A stretch of 64,000 nucleotides of DNA from positions 299,282-363,281 of the forward strand of contig JAHFKK010000001.1 of NCBI GenBank assembly GCA_023245335.1, read 5' to 3'. The translations under genes and the position numbers were made by a program. The notes below the pieces were generated by a model. That model was not told the DNA's origin and searched no databases. It saw only the letters and a list, made by a program, of their open reading frames with translations. Source of the stretch: Candidatus Gottesmanbacteria bacterium. Lineage in GTDB: Bacteria; Patescibacteriota; Microgenomatia; UBA10105; UBA927. This document shows, piece after piece, positions 39,818 to 48,332 of this stretch (position 1 is its first letter; each line of letters starts with the position of its first letter).

Positions 39818-40756
39818 TTACCCCCCGATGCCGTAGATAATGAACATGGCGCTCGCCCCCCAGAGGATAACGGTCGTCAGAAGCGGCAGATCAGCGGTCA
39901 GTACCTGTTCCGGCGATTCCCCTTTACCATGATAGATGAGCTGCATATAGCGCATGATGCCGTACAGGATAAAAGGAATCGTAATCATCATCCATTTGCG
40001 ATCCGGGATATCCGTGACAAAATCCCCGTAGTTTTTGAAAAATAATCCCTGGCTAAGCGGCCGCTCAAGGAACGTGAAGTATGTATAGGAAATAAACGTG
40101 GAGGTGGCAAACATAGACGTATATGCATCCAATAGTTTTTCCGAATAGTGCGAAAGCGACGCGCGGGTATCGCGGGGGGACATAGCGCCGGAACCCTGGA
40201 TGAGCGTCAATTCTGCGCGGCGTTTGCCTATCGCGAGGAAGAGCGCGAGTGATAGCGCCGCGAGCGCGAGCCATATGGATATATGGAGGCCCGTAGCCGC
40301 TTCACCCGCATAGACGCGGATGACGTAGCCTGCGGTTATGACGATAATGTCTACGACCGATATATGTTTGAGGATCATGGAGTATAGATATTGCAGGATG
40401 ATGAAAAGGATCGCAAACAGGAAAAATGACGGGCCGACACTATGCGCGATGGTCAGACCGATGAGGACAAAAAAAAGTGATGTGAGAAGTGCAATCTTCA
40501 CGGGCAACTTGCCGCTTGCCACGGGCCGGAATTTTTTGAACGGGTGCCGACGGTCGGCCGGAGCGTCCAAGACGTCGTTAAAAATATAATTCGAGGAGGC
40601 GAGGAAACAGAATGCAACGAAACCGAGCACCGTGTTGAGAAACAACTCCTGACGGAACAGTTGTCCCGTAAAAAATACGGTCGTAAACAGCGCGACATTT
40701 TTCAACCATTGTCGGGGCCGCGCAGCTTTGAAAATTGCGTAAAGAAGCTGACCCAT
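39818..40756 (-). CDS. UbiA prenyltransferase family, decaprenyl-phosphate phosphoribosyltransferase-like
   Basis: RPRQWLKN, YIFNDVLD..ADRRHP.KK.RP.ASG, KRRAE, ESP; start set to ATG 40756. Confidence 0.88.
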   Translation of the reverse strand: MGQLLYAIFKAARPRQWLKNVALFTTVFFTGQLFRQELFLNTVLGFVAFCFLASSNYIFNDVLDAPADRRHPFKKFRPVASGKLPVKIALLTSLFFVLIGLTIAHSVGPSFFLFAILFIILQYLYSMILKHISVVDIIVITAGYVIRVYAGEAATGLHISIWLALAALSLALFLAIGKRRAELTLIQGSGAMSPRDTRASLSHYSEKLLDAYTSMFATSTFISYTYFTFLERPLSQGLFFKNYGDFVTDIPDRKWMMITIPFILYGIMRYMQLIYHGKGESPEQVLTADLPLLTTVILWGASAMFIIYGIGG

Positions 40757-41784
40757 ACGAGAAACATGGTCAACGCGACAGCAACTGCGATAAACGCGAA
40801 TACTTTGAGAGAACTCGTGACTGTGAGCGAGACCAGCCCCAGTATAGCGGACACCCCCCAGTAAAACAAGGCGATTCTGCGTTTTCCCCACCCCAAATCC
40901 ATGAGCCGGTGATGAAGGTGTCCGCGGTCCGCCCAGACCGGTGACTTCTTCGTCCCGAGACGCCGCACCAGGGTTGCCACGGCGTCCAACATGGGGATGC
41001 CCAGGACAAGGAGCGCGGTCCCGAGTTTCGCAAACGAAAGTATGCCTAAGAGCGCCAAAAAGTATCCCGCAAGCGTTTTGCCGCCGTATCCGGGCATAAT
41101 GCGCTGCGGATAGAAGTTCCACGGCAAAAAGCCAAGAAACGATCCGGTCACGATGAATGCGAGCGTCGTTACCCAGGCCTGTGACGGGTCGGATAGGCTG
41201 TAGCGGAGCGACAGTAATCCCAAAACAAATGCGGAGATTGCGACATAGCCCGGCATTTGTCCGTCAACGCCTGCTGACCATCCGATGATGTTCATGGTCC
41301 AGACAATCCAAAGAAGTGCGAAGATCTGTGGTAACCCGACGACCACGCGAAGAGCACCGATAGTCAGTGTTTGATCCCATGTCGTGAGTTGTAGTACTCC
41401 TCCCGTCAACGGGTTGGTGATAAACGGAATGACGTTACCGCTGAAAACCACAATGCACGCGACCAGTACGTTCACGGTGAGGCGTACATACGGATTGATG
41501 TCTTTTTTGTCGTCAAGTAACCCTAGGATGGTGAGTATGAGCGCGCCGACTATGATGCCTACCTGATGGGGATTTAATTGTATGGAGAAAACGATCGCTA
41601 TGACGATGCCAAAACATATGGCGAGTCCTCCGGCGCGCGGTACTATGCCCCGATGCGTGTGTGCAGGATGATATCTGTGGGTGGGGTCATCAACGAGACC
41701 AAACCGTTTTGCCAAGACAATGACGAACGGCGTTGCGAGACATGTCGCGATAAGAGCAATAGCCCACGGTGCGATAAATTGCAT
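40702..41784 (-). CDS. WecA/TagO-type polyprenyl-phosphate GlcNAc-1-P transferase (MraY family)
   Basis: PRAGG, GLLDD, GVDG, WNFYP, DRGHLHHRL; multiple TMs. Confidence 0.9.
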   Translation of the reverse strand: MQFIAPWAIALIATCLATPFVIVLAKRFGLVDDPTHRYHPAHTHRGIVPRAGGLAICFGIVIAIVFSIQLNPHQVGIIVGALILTILGLLDDKKDINPYVRLTVNVLVACIVVFSGNVIPFITNPLTGGVLQLTTWDQTLTIGALRVVVGLPQIFALLWIVWTMNIIGWSAGVDGQMPGYVAISAFVLGLLSLRYSLSDPSQAWVTTLAFIVTGSFLGFLPWNFYPQRIMPGYGGKTLAGYFLALLGILSFAKLGTALLVLGIPMLDAVATLVRRLGTKKSPVWADRGHLHHRLMDLGWGKRRIALFYWGVSAILGLVSLTVTSSLKVFAFIAVAVALTMFLVWVSFFTQFSKLRGPDNG

Positions 41785-41786
41785 AA

Positions 41787-42179
41787 TTATCCTACTAAGG
41801 TCACTATACGGATAACAAAGAGAACGCTTAAGCTTGAGACCAGAAGAGACGTCATAAAGAGTACCCGTGCGAATATGGGATGATCTGCAGCATACCGGAC
41901 GACTACCGCGATATTCGTAAGATATATGATGATTGCCACACCGATAGGAACCAGGAGGAATAGCGGTGACGATAATCGATCTTCACCCCACGGCTGACTA
42001 TACCAAATCGGTACGACCGGGGGGAGTTTGCGCCAGTTCCAAAGGATTGCGACGATGCCGATGATTCCTTGTAAAATGGCACCTGCTGATGCAGCACGGT
42101 ATTCCCACGTCCGGCGAAGCGGCGCGATGCCCTGAAGGAAACGTTCCGGTGTCGGTGTGGTAGGGAAGATAAATTTCAT
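41787..42179 (-). CDS. Small membrane protein (DUF1648-like)
   Basis: Three TMs, LPP.VP.WYS.PWG. Confidence 0.7.
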   Translation of the reverse strand: MKFIFPTTPTPERFLQGIAPLRRTWEYRAASAGAILQGIIGIVAILWNWRKLPPVVPIWYSQPWGEDRLSSPLFLLVPIGVAIIIYLTNIAVVVRYAADHPIFARVLFMTSLLVSSLSVLFVIRIVTLVG

Positions 42180-43525
42180 AGTTTGTTTTTACGAACGGAC
42201 GTTGTCCCTGCTGACGTGCGGTAAATGACCTCAAACGATGCGTCTCCGTGCACGAGAAACGTACGCGACGGAGGAAAGACGGAAAAATCTGCTTTCATGC
42301 GTCCCGGTGTCATAAGCGCCTCACCTATATACCACGGAAACGGTGCGTTTTGCGGGTTATAGAGAAATACCTGTGAACGATTATGGGCATAATAGAGCGT
42401 CTCAAGATATATAAGCGCGTTATCCGCCATGATGACGTCAGTGTTTCTCGAAAGAGCGTTGACTTCCAGCATTGTGTTGCGAAGCGGAACTTTGGGGTGT
42501 TGCGGGGGGAACCACCAGTTGATCCACAGGACAAAAACCATGAGCACCGCTGCCGTGATCTTTTGAAACATCCGGTTTTTGATCGCATCGAGCGCCGCGA
42601 CGATCACGAGGACCTCCGCGATAGTCGATGGAATGAGATACCGGTTCACAAAAAGCGGTTTCACAAAAGATATACCAATGATAACGGCAAGCGGCAGTGC
42701 CCCGAAGAGGATAAAGAGTGACGTGCGGTTGCGGTTTTTGCGGTCCATGAGGGCAAAAAGAGCGAAGCCCGCAAGGATAAGCGAAAGATACGCCGTATAG
42801 CCCCATCCGTACCACGGCGTCCCCTCATAGCCGGTAAACATATTTCCGAGTGCAGAGAGCACAAGTTGCAGATTGACCGGGAAATACCATGAATTCCGAA
42901 ATCGGGATGACTCCGCACCAATTTTTATGAGCCAGGGGATCATCAGTACGCCGACAGCAGTAAAGGCTCGAAGTGCCGCATCATGACGGAATAAATTTTT
43001 GATACGTCGGATGTCCGGATGGGTGAAGATGAACCAGTGGACAAAAAGAGCGCCGAGGAATAGTAGAAGATACACGTGGGTGTAGAATCCCAAAACTGCG
43101 GCTACGATAAACCATTTCCATCGTTTGTTCGTATATGCATAAAGCGTCGCAGTAGCGAAGAACATATACCATGCATATGTGCGCACCTCGAACGCATAGT
43201 AGAGGATCATGGGGTTCAGGAAAAAAAAGACCGGCATATAGAACGAAAGCCAGTGCTTTTTGTACATTTGAGCCGCCCATCGGATGATGATGACTGTCGT
43301 CAGCAAAAATCCCAGAAGCGATAAGCTGCGCGCGGCAATATCCGACTCACCGAATATCCGTATCCAGTAGTGGAGGAGTGTGTAGTAAACCGGAGGTTCG
43401 AATCCCAATCTTTCGACAATAAACCGGAGCGATTGTTCAGAGGCGAGGACCGAAAACGCTTCATCCCGCCAAAAACTTTGGGTCATGTAGAGAAGCGGTG
43501 TATGGGTGAGTAATAAGTTCCACAT
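42176..43525 (-). CDS. GT-C fold glycosyltransferase (family 39/ArnT-PMT-like)
   Basis: FWRDEA, PPVYY.LLH.W, RSLS, EVRTY, YTH; multi-TM. Confidence 0.88.
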   Translation of the reverse strand: MWNLLLTHTPLLYMTQSFWRDEAFSVLASEQSLRFIVERLGFEPPVYYTLLHYWIRIFGESDIAARSLSLLGFLLTTVIIIRWAAQMYKKHWLSFYMPVFFFLNPMILYYAFEVRTYAWYMFFATATLYAYTNKRWKWFIVAAVLGFYTHVYLLLFLGALFVHWFIFTHPDIRRIKNLFRHDAALRAFTAVGVLMIPWLIKIGAESSRFRNSWYFPVNLQLVLSALGNMFTGYEGTPWYGWGYTAYLSLILAGFALFALMDRKNRNRTSLFILFGALPLAVIIGISFVKPLFVNRYLIPSTIAEVLVIVAALDAIKNRMFQKITAAVLMVFVLWINWWFPPQHPKVPLRNTMLEVNALSRNTDVIMADNALIYLETLYYAHNRSQVFLYNPQNAPFPWYIGEALMTPGRMKADFSVFPPSRTFLVHGDASFEVIYRTSAGTTSVRKNKL

Positions 43526-43574
43526 AGGAAAGAAACAAGGGCATTTGCTACGCTTCTGCGCAGTCTATTAACAA

Positions 43575-45056
43575 TTATATCTTTTCCGTTACTCTGTATT
43601 CCAGCCGTTTACCCAAAAGAAGCCGAGTGTGGGCATCCAATCCCGGGAGAGCGGAGAGGAAAAATGAAATGATCGGAAGCGTGAGCCACTGAAGATAAAG
43701 AAGAGGCAATTTCCATTTGGCGTATGATGCCGGCGGGGGAGGTTTGATGCGCCAATCGATGATGAAGACTATAGCAAGGAAGATGGTAGAAAGCGTAAGT
43801 ATACCGGAGGAGATTTGTGCAAGGTTGTGTCCCAGAACAGTCCGTGCAAATACCGGGTTGACGAGTGGTGGTACGGTGCTTCCGAGCGTCAGGATAAACC
43901 AGTTCGTCGGCCATAATATATGGTGTTCCAGGAGGAGGAGTAAGCGCCGAAATCGTTCTCTCGCTTTGATTTCGGTATGAATAAAAACGTTTTGGATGAC
44001 ATACGGAATGTCGGATACGCCCCAGGCCCAGCGTTTGGCCTGTTCATACTGATTGATGAACGTATGAAAAAATCCCGTGCTTTCCGCCGCATCGACCGAT
44101 ATCGGTAAAAATATAGGAAGCGCTGATACTCGTCCGCCTTTGGCAAAATACACTTTGAAGAACATATGATAATCCTCGGGAATGACGTCGACAGACCACC
44201 CGCCTACTTCTTTGGCAGTTTTAAGAGACAGGGAATAGGTAGAGAAGTTTATAAGTCTGCCTTTTTGTGAGAGCGTTGCGAGATTCCAAATCGTGTTGAG
44301 GGTGTTGAGAAAACGATAGGGTAGTTGGATGCGCCAGATATTGTTGTAAAACATGATAGCACCCTGGTAAAAGTGATACGCACGGTCCTCATCCTTGAGA
44401 AATGTGCTGGCAAGTGCGGAGAAATATTTAGGATGCGGCAATGCGTCGGCGTCGCAGGATGTAACGGTTGTGTACTCGAGGGGAATATGTTTTGTTTTCA
44501 GGAACGCAATGATATTTTTTGAAGCCCACGCCATGTTTGAGGATTTACCGGCTATTTCACCGTTATGGAGGGTGTGTCTCGTGATGATGAAGTGAGCGAA
44601 AGCCGATGAAAATTCTTTTTTCAAAATTGCGCACGTTGCTTTGGCATCCGGATCCTTGGCCTCGGTCGCAAGAACGACTACCATTTTTGTTTTGGGGAAG
44701 TCCTGATTCGCGAGGTTAGTAAGGGTGCGACGGAGGATGTGGATGGGCTCTTTGAATTCCGGAATGATGACGACGTGCCAAAGATTTTCGAAGTGCGGAT
44801 TCGCCATTGCGAGCTTAAGCCAATCTTCCCGAACATGTGCCGAAAGCTTCGCAAATGACCGGAATGCGGAGTAAACAAGCGTCAATGATTTATAAAACCA
44901 ATAGACATCGAATGTGATGATGAGATACGCGACGGTCGCAGGGTGCCAGAACGAAAGCCAGAGCGGCATGGTGATAAGAAGCCATGAGACCGTCGGGATG
45001 GCAATTTCGAGTAACCGTTGGATTTTGTTCGGATAACGTAGGAATATCCAGCGCAT
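43575..45056 (-). CDS. GT2 family processive-type glycosyltransferase
   Basis: GKSSN, CDAD, PED, QAKRW; N- and C-terminal TMs. Confidence 0.88.
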   Translation of the reverse strand: MRWIFLRYPNKIQRLLEIAIPTVSWLLITMPLWLSFWHPATVAYLIITFDVYWFYKSLTLVYSAFRSFAKLSAHVREDWLKLAMANPHFENLWHVVIIPEFKEPIHILRRTLTNLANQDFPKTKMVVVLATEAKDPDAKATCAILKKEFSSAFAHFIITRHTLHNGEIAGKSSNMAWASKNIIAFLKTKHIPLEYTTVTSCDADALPHPKYFSALASTFLKDEDRAYHFYQGAIMFYNNIWRIQLPYRFLNTLNTIWNLATLSQKGRLINFSTYSLSLKTAKEVGGWSVDVIPEDYHMFFKVYFAKGGRVSALPIFLPISVDAAESTGFFHTFINQYEQAKRWAWGVSDIPYVIQNVFIHTEIKARERFRRLLLLLEHHILWPTNWFILTLGSTVPPLVNPVFARTVLGHNLAQISSGILTLSTIFLAIVFIIDWRIKPPPPASYAKWKLPLLYLQWLTLPIISFFLSALPGLDAHTRLLLGKRLEYRVTEKI

Positions 45057-45100
45057 AGTATCAAGCCAAACAATTATACTATATAGGAGTGTTCTTGCGC

Positions 45101-45880
45101 TTAAATGCCAAAGAGAGCTTTCGCGTTGGTGGTAGTCGCTTCCATAATTTCCTGTACCGGCTTTTGTTGTAGCTCAGCGAGCTTTTGGGCGATGAGCGGG
45201 ATGTATTTGGGCTCGTTACGTTCTCCGCGGTGGGGTACCGGCGTGAGATACGGGGCGTCGGTCTCCAGTACCAGCATGGAAAGCGGGATATGCGGGACGA
45301 TCATCGCAAGTTGTTTGGAATAGGTGACATTGCCGTCTATGCCGACGTAGAATCCGAGTTCCTGCGAGCTTCTAAGGTCCTGCAGGCCGCCGGAAAAGCA
45401 ATGAAGAACCCCCCGTGGTATGTTGGGTACCGTATGAAGGATAGTGAATAGATCCTCAAATGCGTCGCGACAATGGAGGATGACCGGGAGATTGTGGGTG
45501 AGCGCAAGTTTGAGCTGTTCCTCGAGTAACCGGTGTTGGACATCTTTTCTTCCTGCTGCCACCTCGCCTTTGTATTCATGGTAATCCAGGCCGCATTCGC
45601 CGATTGCGACAATCAATTTCTTGTTTTGTTCGTCCGTGAGGAGTGATTCAAGGTATGAAATATCCGGATTATGCGGTGCTTCATACGGGTGGTAGCCGAC
45701 ACCGGCAAAAATGACGCCCGGATGCACGGAGGCAAGGTGAAGAGCCGTCCTGCAGGAATTATGATCTACTCCCGGGACGACAAATTGTTTCACCCCGGCT
45801 TTTTTCGCATTGCCGATGACCATCTCCCGATCCGTATCAAAATCCGAGAAATTCAGTTGTGTGTGCGTGTCGATGAACAT
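45101..45880 (-). CDS. tatD: TatD family DNase
   Basis: IDTH, GYHP, GECGLD, LHCR, HCFSG, ETDAP. Confidence 0.93.
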   Translation of the reverse strand: MFIDTHTQLNFSDFDTDREMVIGNAKKAGVKQFVVPGVDHNSCRTALHLASVHPGVIFAGVGYHPYEAPHNPDISYLESLLTDEQNKKLIVAIGECGLDYHEYKGEVAAGRKDVQHRLLEEQLKLALTHNLPVILHCRDAFEDLFTILHTVPNIPRGVLHCFSGGLQDLRSSQELGFYVGIDGNVTYSKQLAMIVPHIPLSMLVLETDAPYLTPVPHRGERNEPKYIPLIAQKLAELQQKPVQEIMEATTTNAKALFGI

Positions 45881-45882
45881 GA

Positions 45883-47340
45883 TTACGTAAGCCTTGGAAA
45901 CAAGGGTGGTTGAGATTTGATTGTCGGACCTTTAAATTGATCAAGGATTTTTTTCGCAGTTTCGGGCAGAAATGGTTTTAAAACTTGAGCAATCGATATA
46001 ATCTGATTAACAGCATTTGTTATAACAACATAGTTTGAAAGTTTTTTACTATCATCTGATAATTCTTTTTGCCACGGCCTTTCATTATTTATATATCGAT
46101 CTAGTCCAGTAACAGCACCCCAAATAAGTGAAAGCGCTTCATTAAAACGGAATGATTCAACAATCGGTTGTACATCGTTCCAAAGCGAATTGATTTCATC
46201 GGATTGGTCATTCTTAATTAATACATTATTATTCTCTGCGAGCTTAGCTACGCGGGCAATCAGGTTGCCCAATCCGTTCGCTAAGTCTGAATTATAAAGT
46301 TCCTTGAATCTCCGTTCGGAGAAATCTCCGTCGGCGGAAGAAGGAATTTCGCGCAGGAAATAATAGCGCAAGGCGTCTGCGCCGTATTTTTTGATAAGTT
46401 CAAACGGGTCGATGACGTTGCCTAAAGTTTTGGACATCTTCTGGTCGTTCACCGTGAAGTACCCGTGTACGAATATGCTTTTGGGAGTTGCGAGTCCTGC
46501 AGACAAAAGGAATGCCGGCCAATAGACCGCGTGGAAGCGGGAGATGCCTTTGCCGATGACGTGGACGTCAGCGGGCCACCATTTCTCATACTGCTTTTCG
46601 TCCCAGCCGAATCCGATGCCGGACTGATAGATGTTGAGCGCATCAAACCATACATACATGCGCTGGCTGTCATCGCCAGGTACAGGGACGCCCCAGTTTT
46701 TGGCGCGCGCGTTACTCCGGGAAATACTTATATCCTGGAGCGGCTGTTTGAGAAATGATAAAACCTCGTTTCTGCGGGTATCCGGAATGATCTTGAGTTT
46801 GTCTTTTGAGATTAGGTCAATTATCTGCTTTTGGTATTTGGATAGCCGGAAGAAATAATTTTCCTCCGACACCTTTTCGAGTTTTTTGCCGGGGTGTTCG
46901 AAACATTCGCCGTTTTCATCCAGTTCGTCGGCTGTATAAAACGTTTCGCACCCCACACAATAGAGGCCTTCATACGATTTTTTGTAGATGTCTCCGGCCT
47001 TGTCGCAGAGCTGCCATAATTTTTGGCTCGCGACGAAGTGATGTTCCTGGTCGCTTCCTTTTTGCCACACGTCAAACCGGCAACCGAGGGCGGTCGTGAG
47101 TTCCAGAAACTTTTTCGTATTGTCGTCGATGAATTTGTGTACGGGTACACCCGCCTTCTCTGCGGCCTGGACGTTTTTCAGTGCGTTTTCATCGCCGCCG
47201 GACAGGAGTAAGGTGTCTTCGCCCAAAAGCGCATGATACCGCGCGATGACATCTCCCTGTACGAATTCCAGGGCATGCCCGATATGTGGTGCGGCATTCA
47301 CGTACGGAATGGCGCACGTTATGTAGAACTTTTTGTTCAT
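45883..47340 (-). CDS. metG: Methionine--tRNA ligase (short form)
   Basis: PYVN..PHIGH, CVGCE, SISR, YVWFDAL, KMSKT. Confidence 0.96.
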   Translation of the reverse strand: MNKKFYITCAIPYVNAAPHIGHALEFVQGDVIARYHALLGEDTLLLSGGDENALKNVQAAEKAGVPVHKFIDDNTKKFLELTTALGCRFDVWQKGSDQEHHFVASQKLWQLCDKAGDIYKKSYEGLYCVGCETFYTADELDENGECFEHPGKKLEKVSEENYFFRLSKYQKQIIDLISKDKLKIIPDTRRNEVLSFLKQPLQDISISRSNARAKNWGVPVPGDDSQRMYVWFDALNIYQSGIGFGWDEKQYEKWWPADVHVIGKGISRFHAVYWPAFLLSAGLATPKSIFVHGYFTVNDQKMSKTLGNVIDPFELIKKYGADALRYYFLREIPSSADGDFSERRFKELYNSDLANGLGNLIARVAKLAENNNVLIKNDQSDEINSLWNDVQPIVESFRFNEALSLIWGAVTGLDRYINNERPWQKELSDDSKKLSNYVVITNAVNQIISIAQVLKPFLPETAKKILDQFKGPTIKSQPPLFPRLT

Positions 47341-47618
47341 AGTCGTATTTTACTACGCAACCAGTTCCCTAAGCCACGTTTAGCTTTTGGCGCCTCAAGA
47401 CTTTTGAGTTCTGACAGAGAAACTGTTCTTATAGGAACCGCTTGGGAATATATTTTTTTCCGTTTGGAAATTCCGTCGAGCGAGGTGCGTATCGAATGAT
47501 TTTGGATAAGAACGCTTGCACGATCTCCCTCTTTACTGATGAGCGTGACATCATACGCTTCGTCTTCGATTTTTAGACGATAGGCGTGTCCGATTATATG
47601 TTCTTTTTTTCCAAACAT
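47337..47618 (-). CDS. Hypothetical protein (93 aa), stop overlaps the metG start
   Basis: ORF track; ATGA overlap with metG; GGGGTG upstream. Confidence 0.55.
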   Translation of the reverse strand: MFGKKEHIIGHAYRLKIEDEAYDVTLISKEGDRASVLIQNHSIRTSLDGISKRKKIYSQAVPIRTVSLSELKSLEAPKAKRGLGNWLRSKIRL

Positions 47619-47631
47619 ACTTCACCCCAAT

Positions 47632-47656
47632 AAAAAACCTCCCGGTTCGGGAGGTT
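47632..47656 (-). terminator. Attenuator terminator 2 (metG-proximal)
   Basis: AACCTCCCG-AAC-CGGGAGGTT-TTTT on minus strand. Confidence 0.85.
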
Positions 47657-47697
47657 GTCTGTGATTCCTGGTTAGGAAACTACGAAACACCCTCCCG

Positions 47698-47745
47698 TCA
47701 CGGGGGTTGCATCATAGACACCAACTGTCGCAAAAGATGGTTCAT
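47698..47745 (-). CDS. Leader peptide 2, MNHLLRQLVSMMQPP
   Basis: 15-aa ORF with tandem ATG ATG; stop is immediately followed by CGGGAGG, complementary to the 5' arm of terminator 2. Confidence 0.7.
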   Translation of the reverse strand: MNHLLRQLVSMMQPP

Positions 47746-47755
47746 AGTATCAGGT

Positions 47756-47783
47756 ATCCTCCTACGCCAAGGCTTCGGCGGAT
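47756..47783 (+). repeat. Short palindromic repeat (same family as the pduO insert)
   Basis: ATCCTCCTACGCCAAGGCTTCGGCGGAT. Confidence 0.65.
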
Positions 47784-47831
47784 TGATGGTTGGTAAATTC
47801 ACTCGTCAGACTCGTTCGTTAACCAACCATC

Positions 47832-47853
47832 AAAAAACCTCCTTGCGGAGGTT
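47832..47853 (-). terminator. Attenuator terminator 1 (metG-distal)
   Basis: AACCTCC-GCAA-GGAGGTT-TTTT on minus strand (GNRA loop). Confidence 0.85.
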
Positions 47854-47879
47854 CATTTTTTGGCACATACAAACCTCCG

Positions 47880-47924
47880 TTAGTCGGCTGTCATGGCCAT
47901 CATCATGGAGATTGTAATCGTCAT
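47880..47924 (-). CDS. Leader peptide 1, MTITISMMMAMTAD
   Basis: 14-aa ORF with 4 internal Met codons; stop is immediately followed by CGGAGGTT, complementary to AACCTCCG of terminator 1. Confidence 0.8.
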   Translation of the reverse strand: MTITISMMMAMTAD

Positions 47925-47969
47925 TAATGTGAAGAATATCACCAATTTATCGGGCGTGCAAGCGAGAGG

Positions 47970-48287
47970 TCATTTCCGTTTCCAGAGGATTTCTATAGCG
48001 ACAATACAGGCAATAAGAAGCGCCGGATAGACCGGACTCCGGAGACCAAAAAATCTCAAGACCAGAAACAGTGCCAGTCCGAAGCCTAGGAGGATGGATT
48101 GCTGTATTCGCCGGAGTACATACTGGATAAGGAGTCCCGTGGACGCGGTAAAGGCGATGATAAAGAGTGCGATCCGCCATAGAGCATCCGGTGGAAATAT
48201 GTTGACGAACGCGGCGAGTAATATGTATCCCGAGACGCCGGATATGAGGAGGTAGGGATTCCGCTGGGACCGTGGTAGTCGCTCCAT
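47970..48287 (-). CDS. Small membrane protein
   Basis: About four hydrophobic segments; TACAAT 6 nt before ATG. Confidence 0.7.
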   Translation of the reverse strand: MERLPRSQRNPYLLISGVSGYILLAAFVNIFPPDALWRIALFIIAFTASTGLLIQYVLRRIQQSILLGFGLALFLVLRFFGLRSPVYPALLIACIVAIEILWKRK

Positions 48288-48332
48288 AAGTTTATTGTAG
48301 GGCGGTAGACTCCCATGCTACAATGGGCGGAC

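Noticed and set aside
39818-41122. 434-aa version of the UbiA ORF and other long N-terminal extensions (5072, 12095, 33753, 38455)
   Set aside because: Extensions overlap neighbouring genes or promoters; family motifs start at downstream ATGs
47620-47960. T-box or SAM riboswitch upstream of metG
   Set aside because: No AGGGTGGNACCGCG T-box or SAM-I core seen; hairpins are better explained by leader-peptide attenuators (not checked by cmscan)
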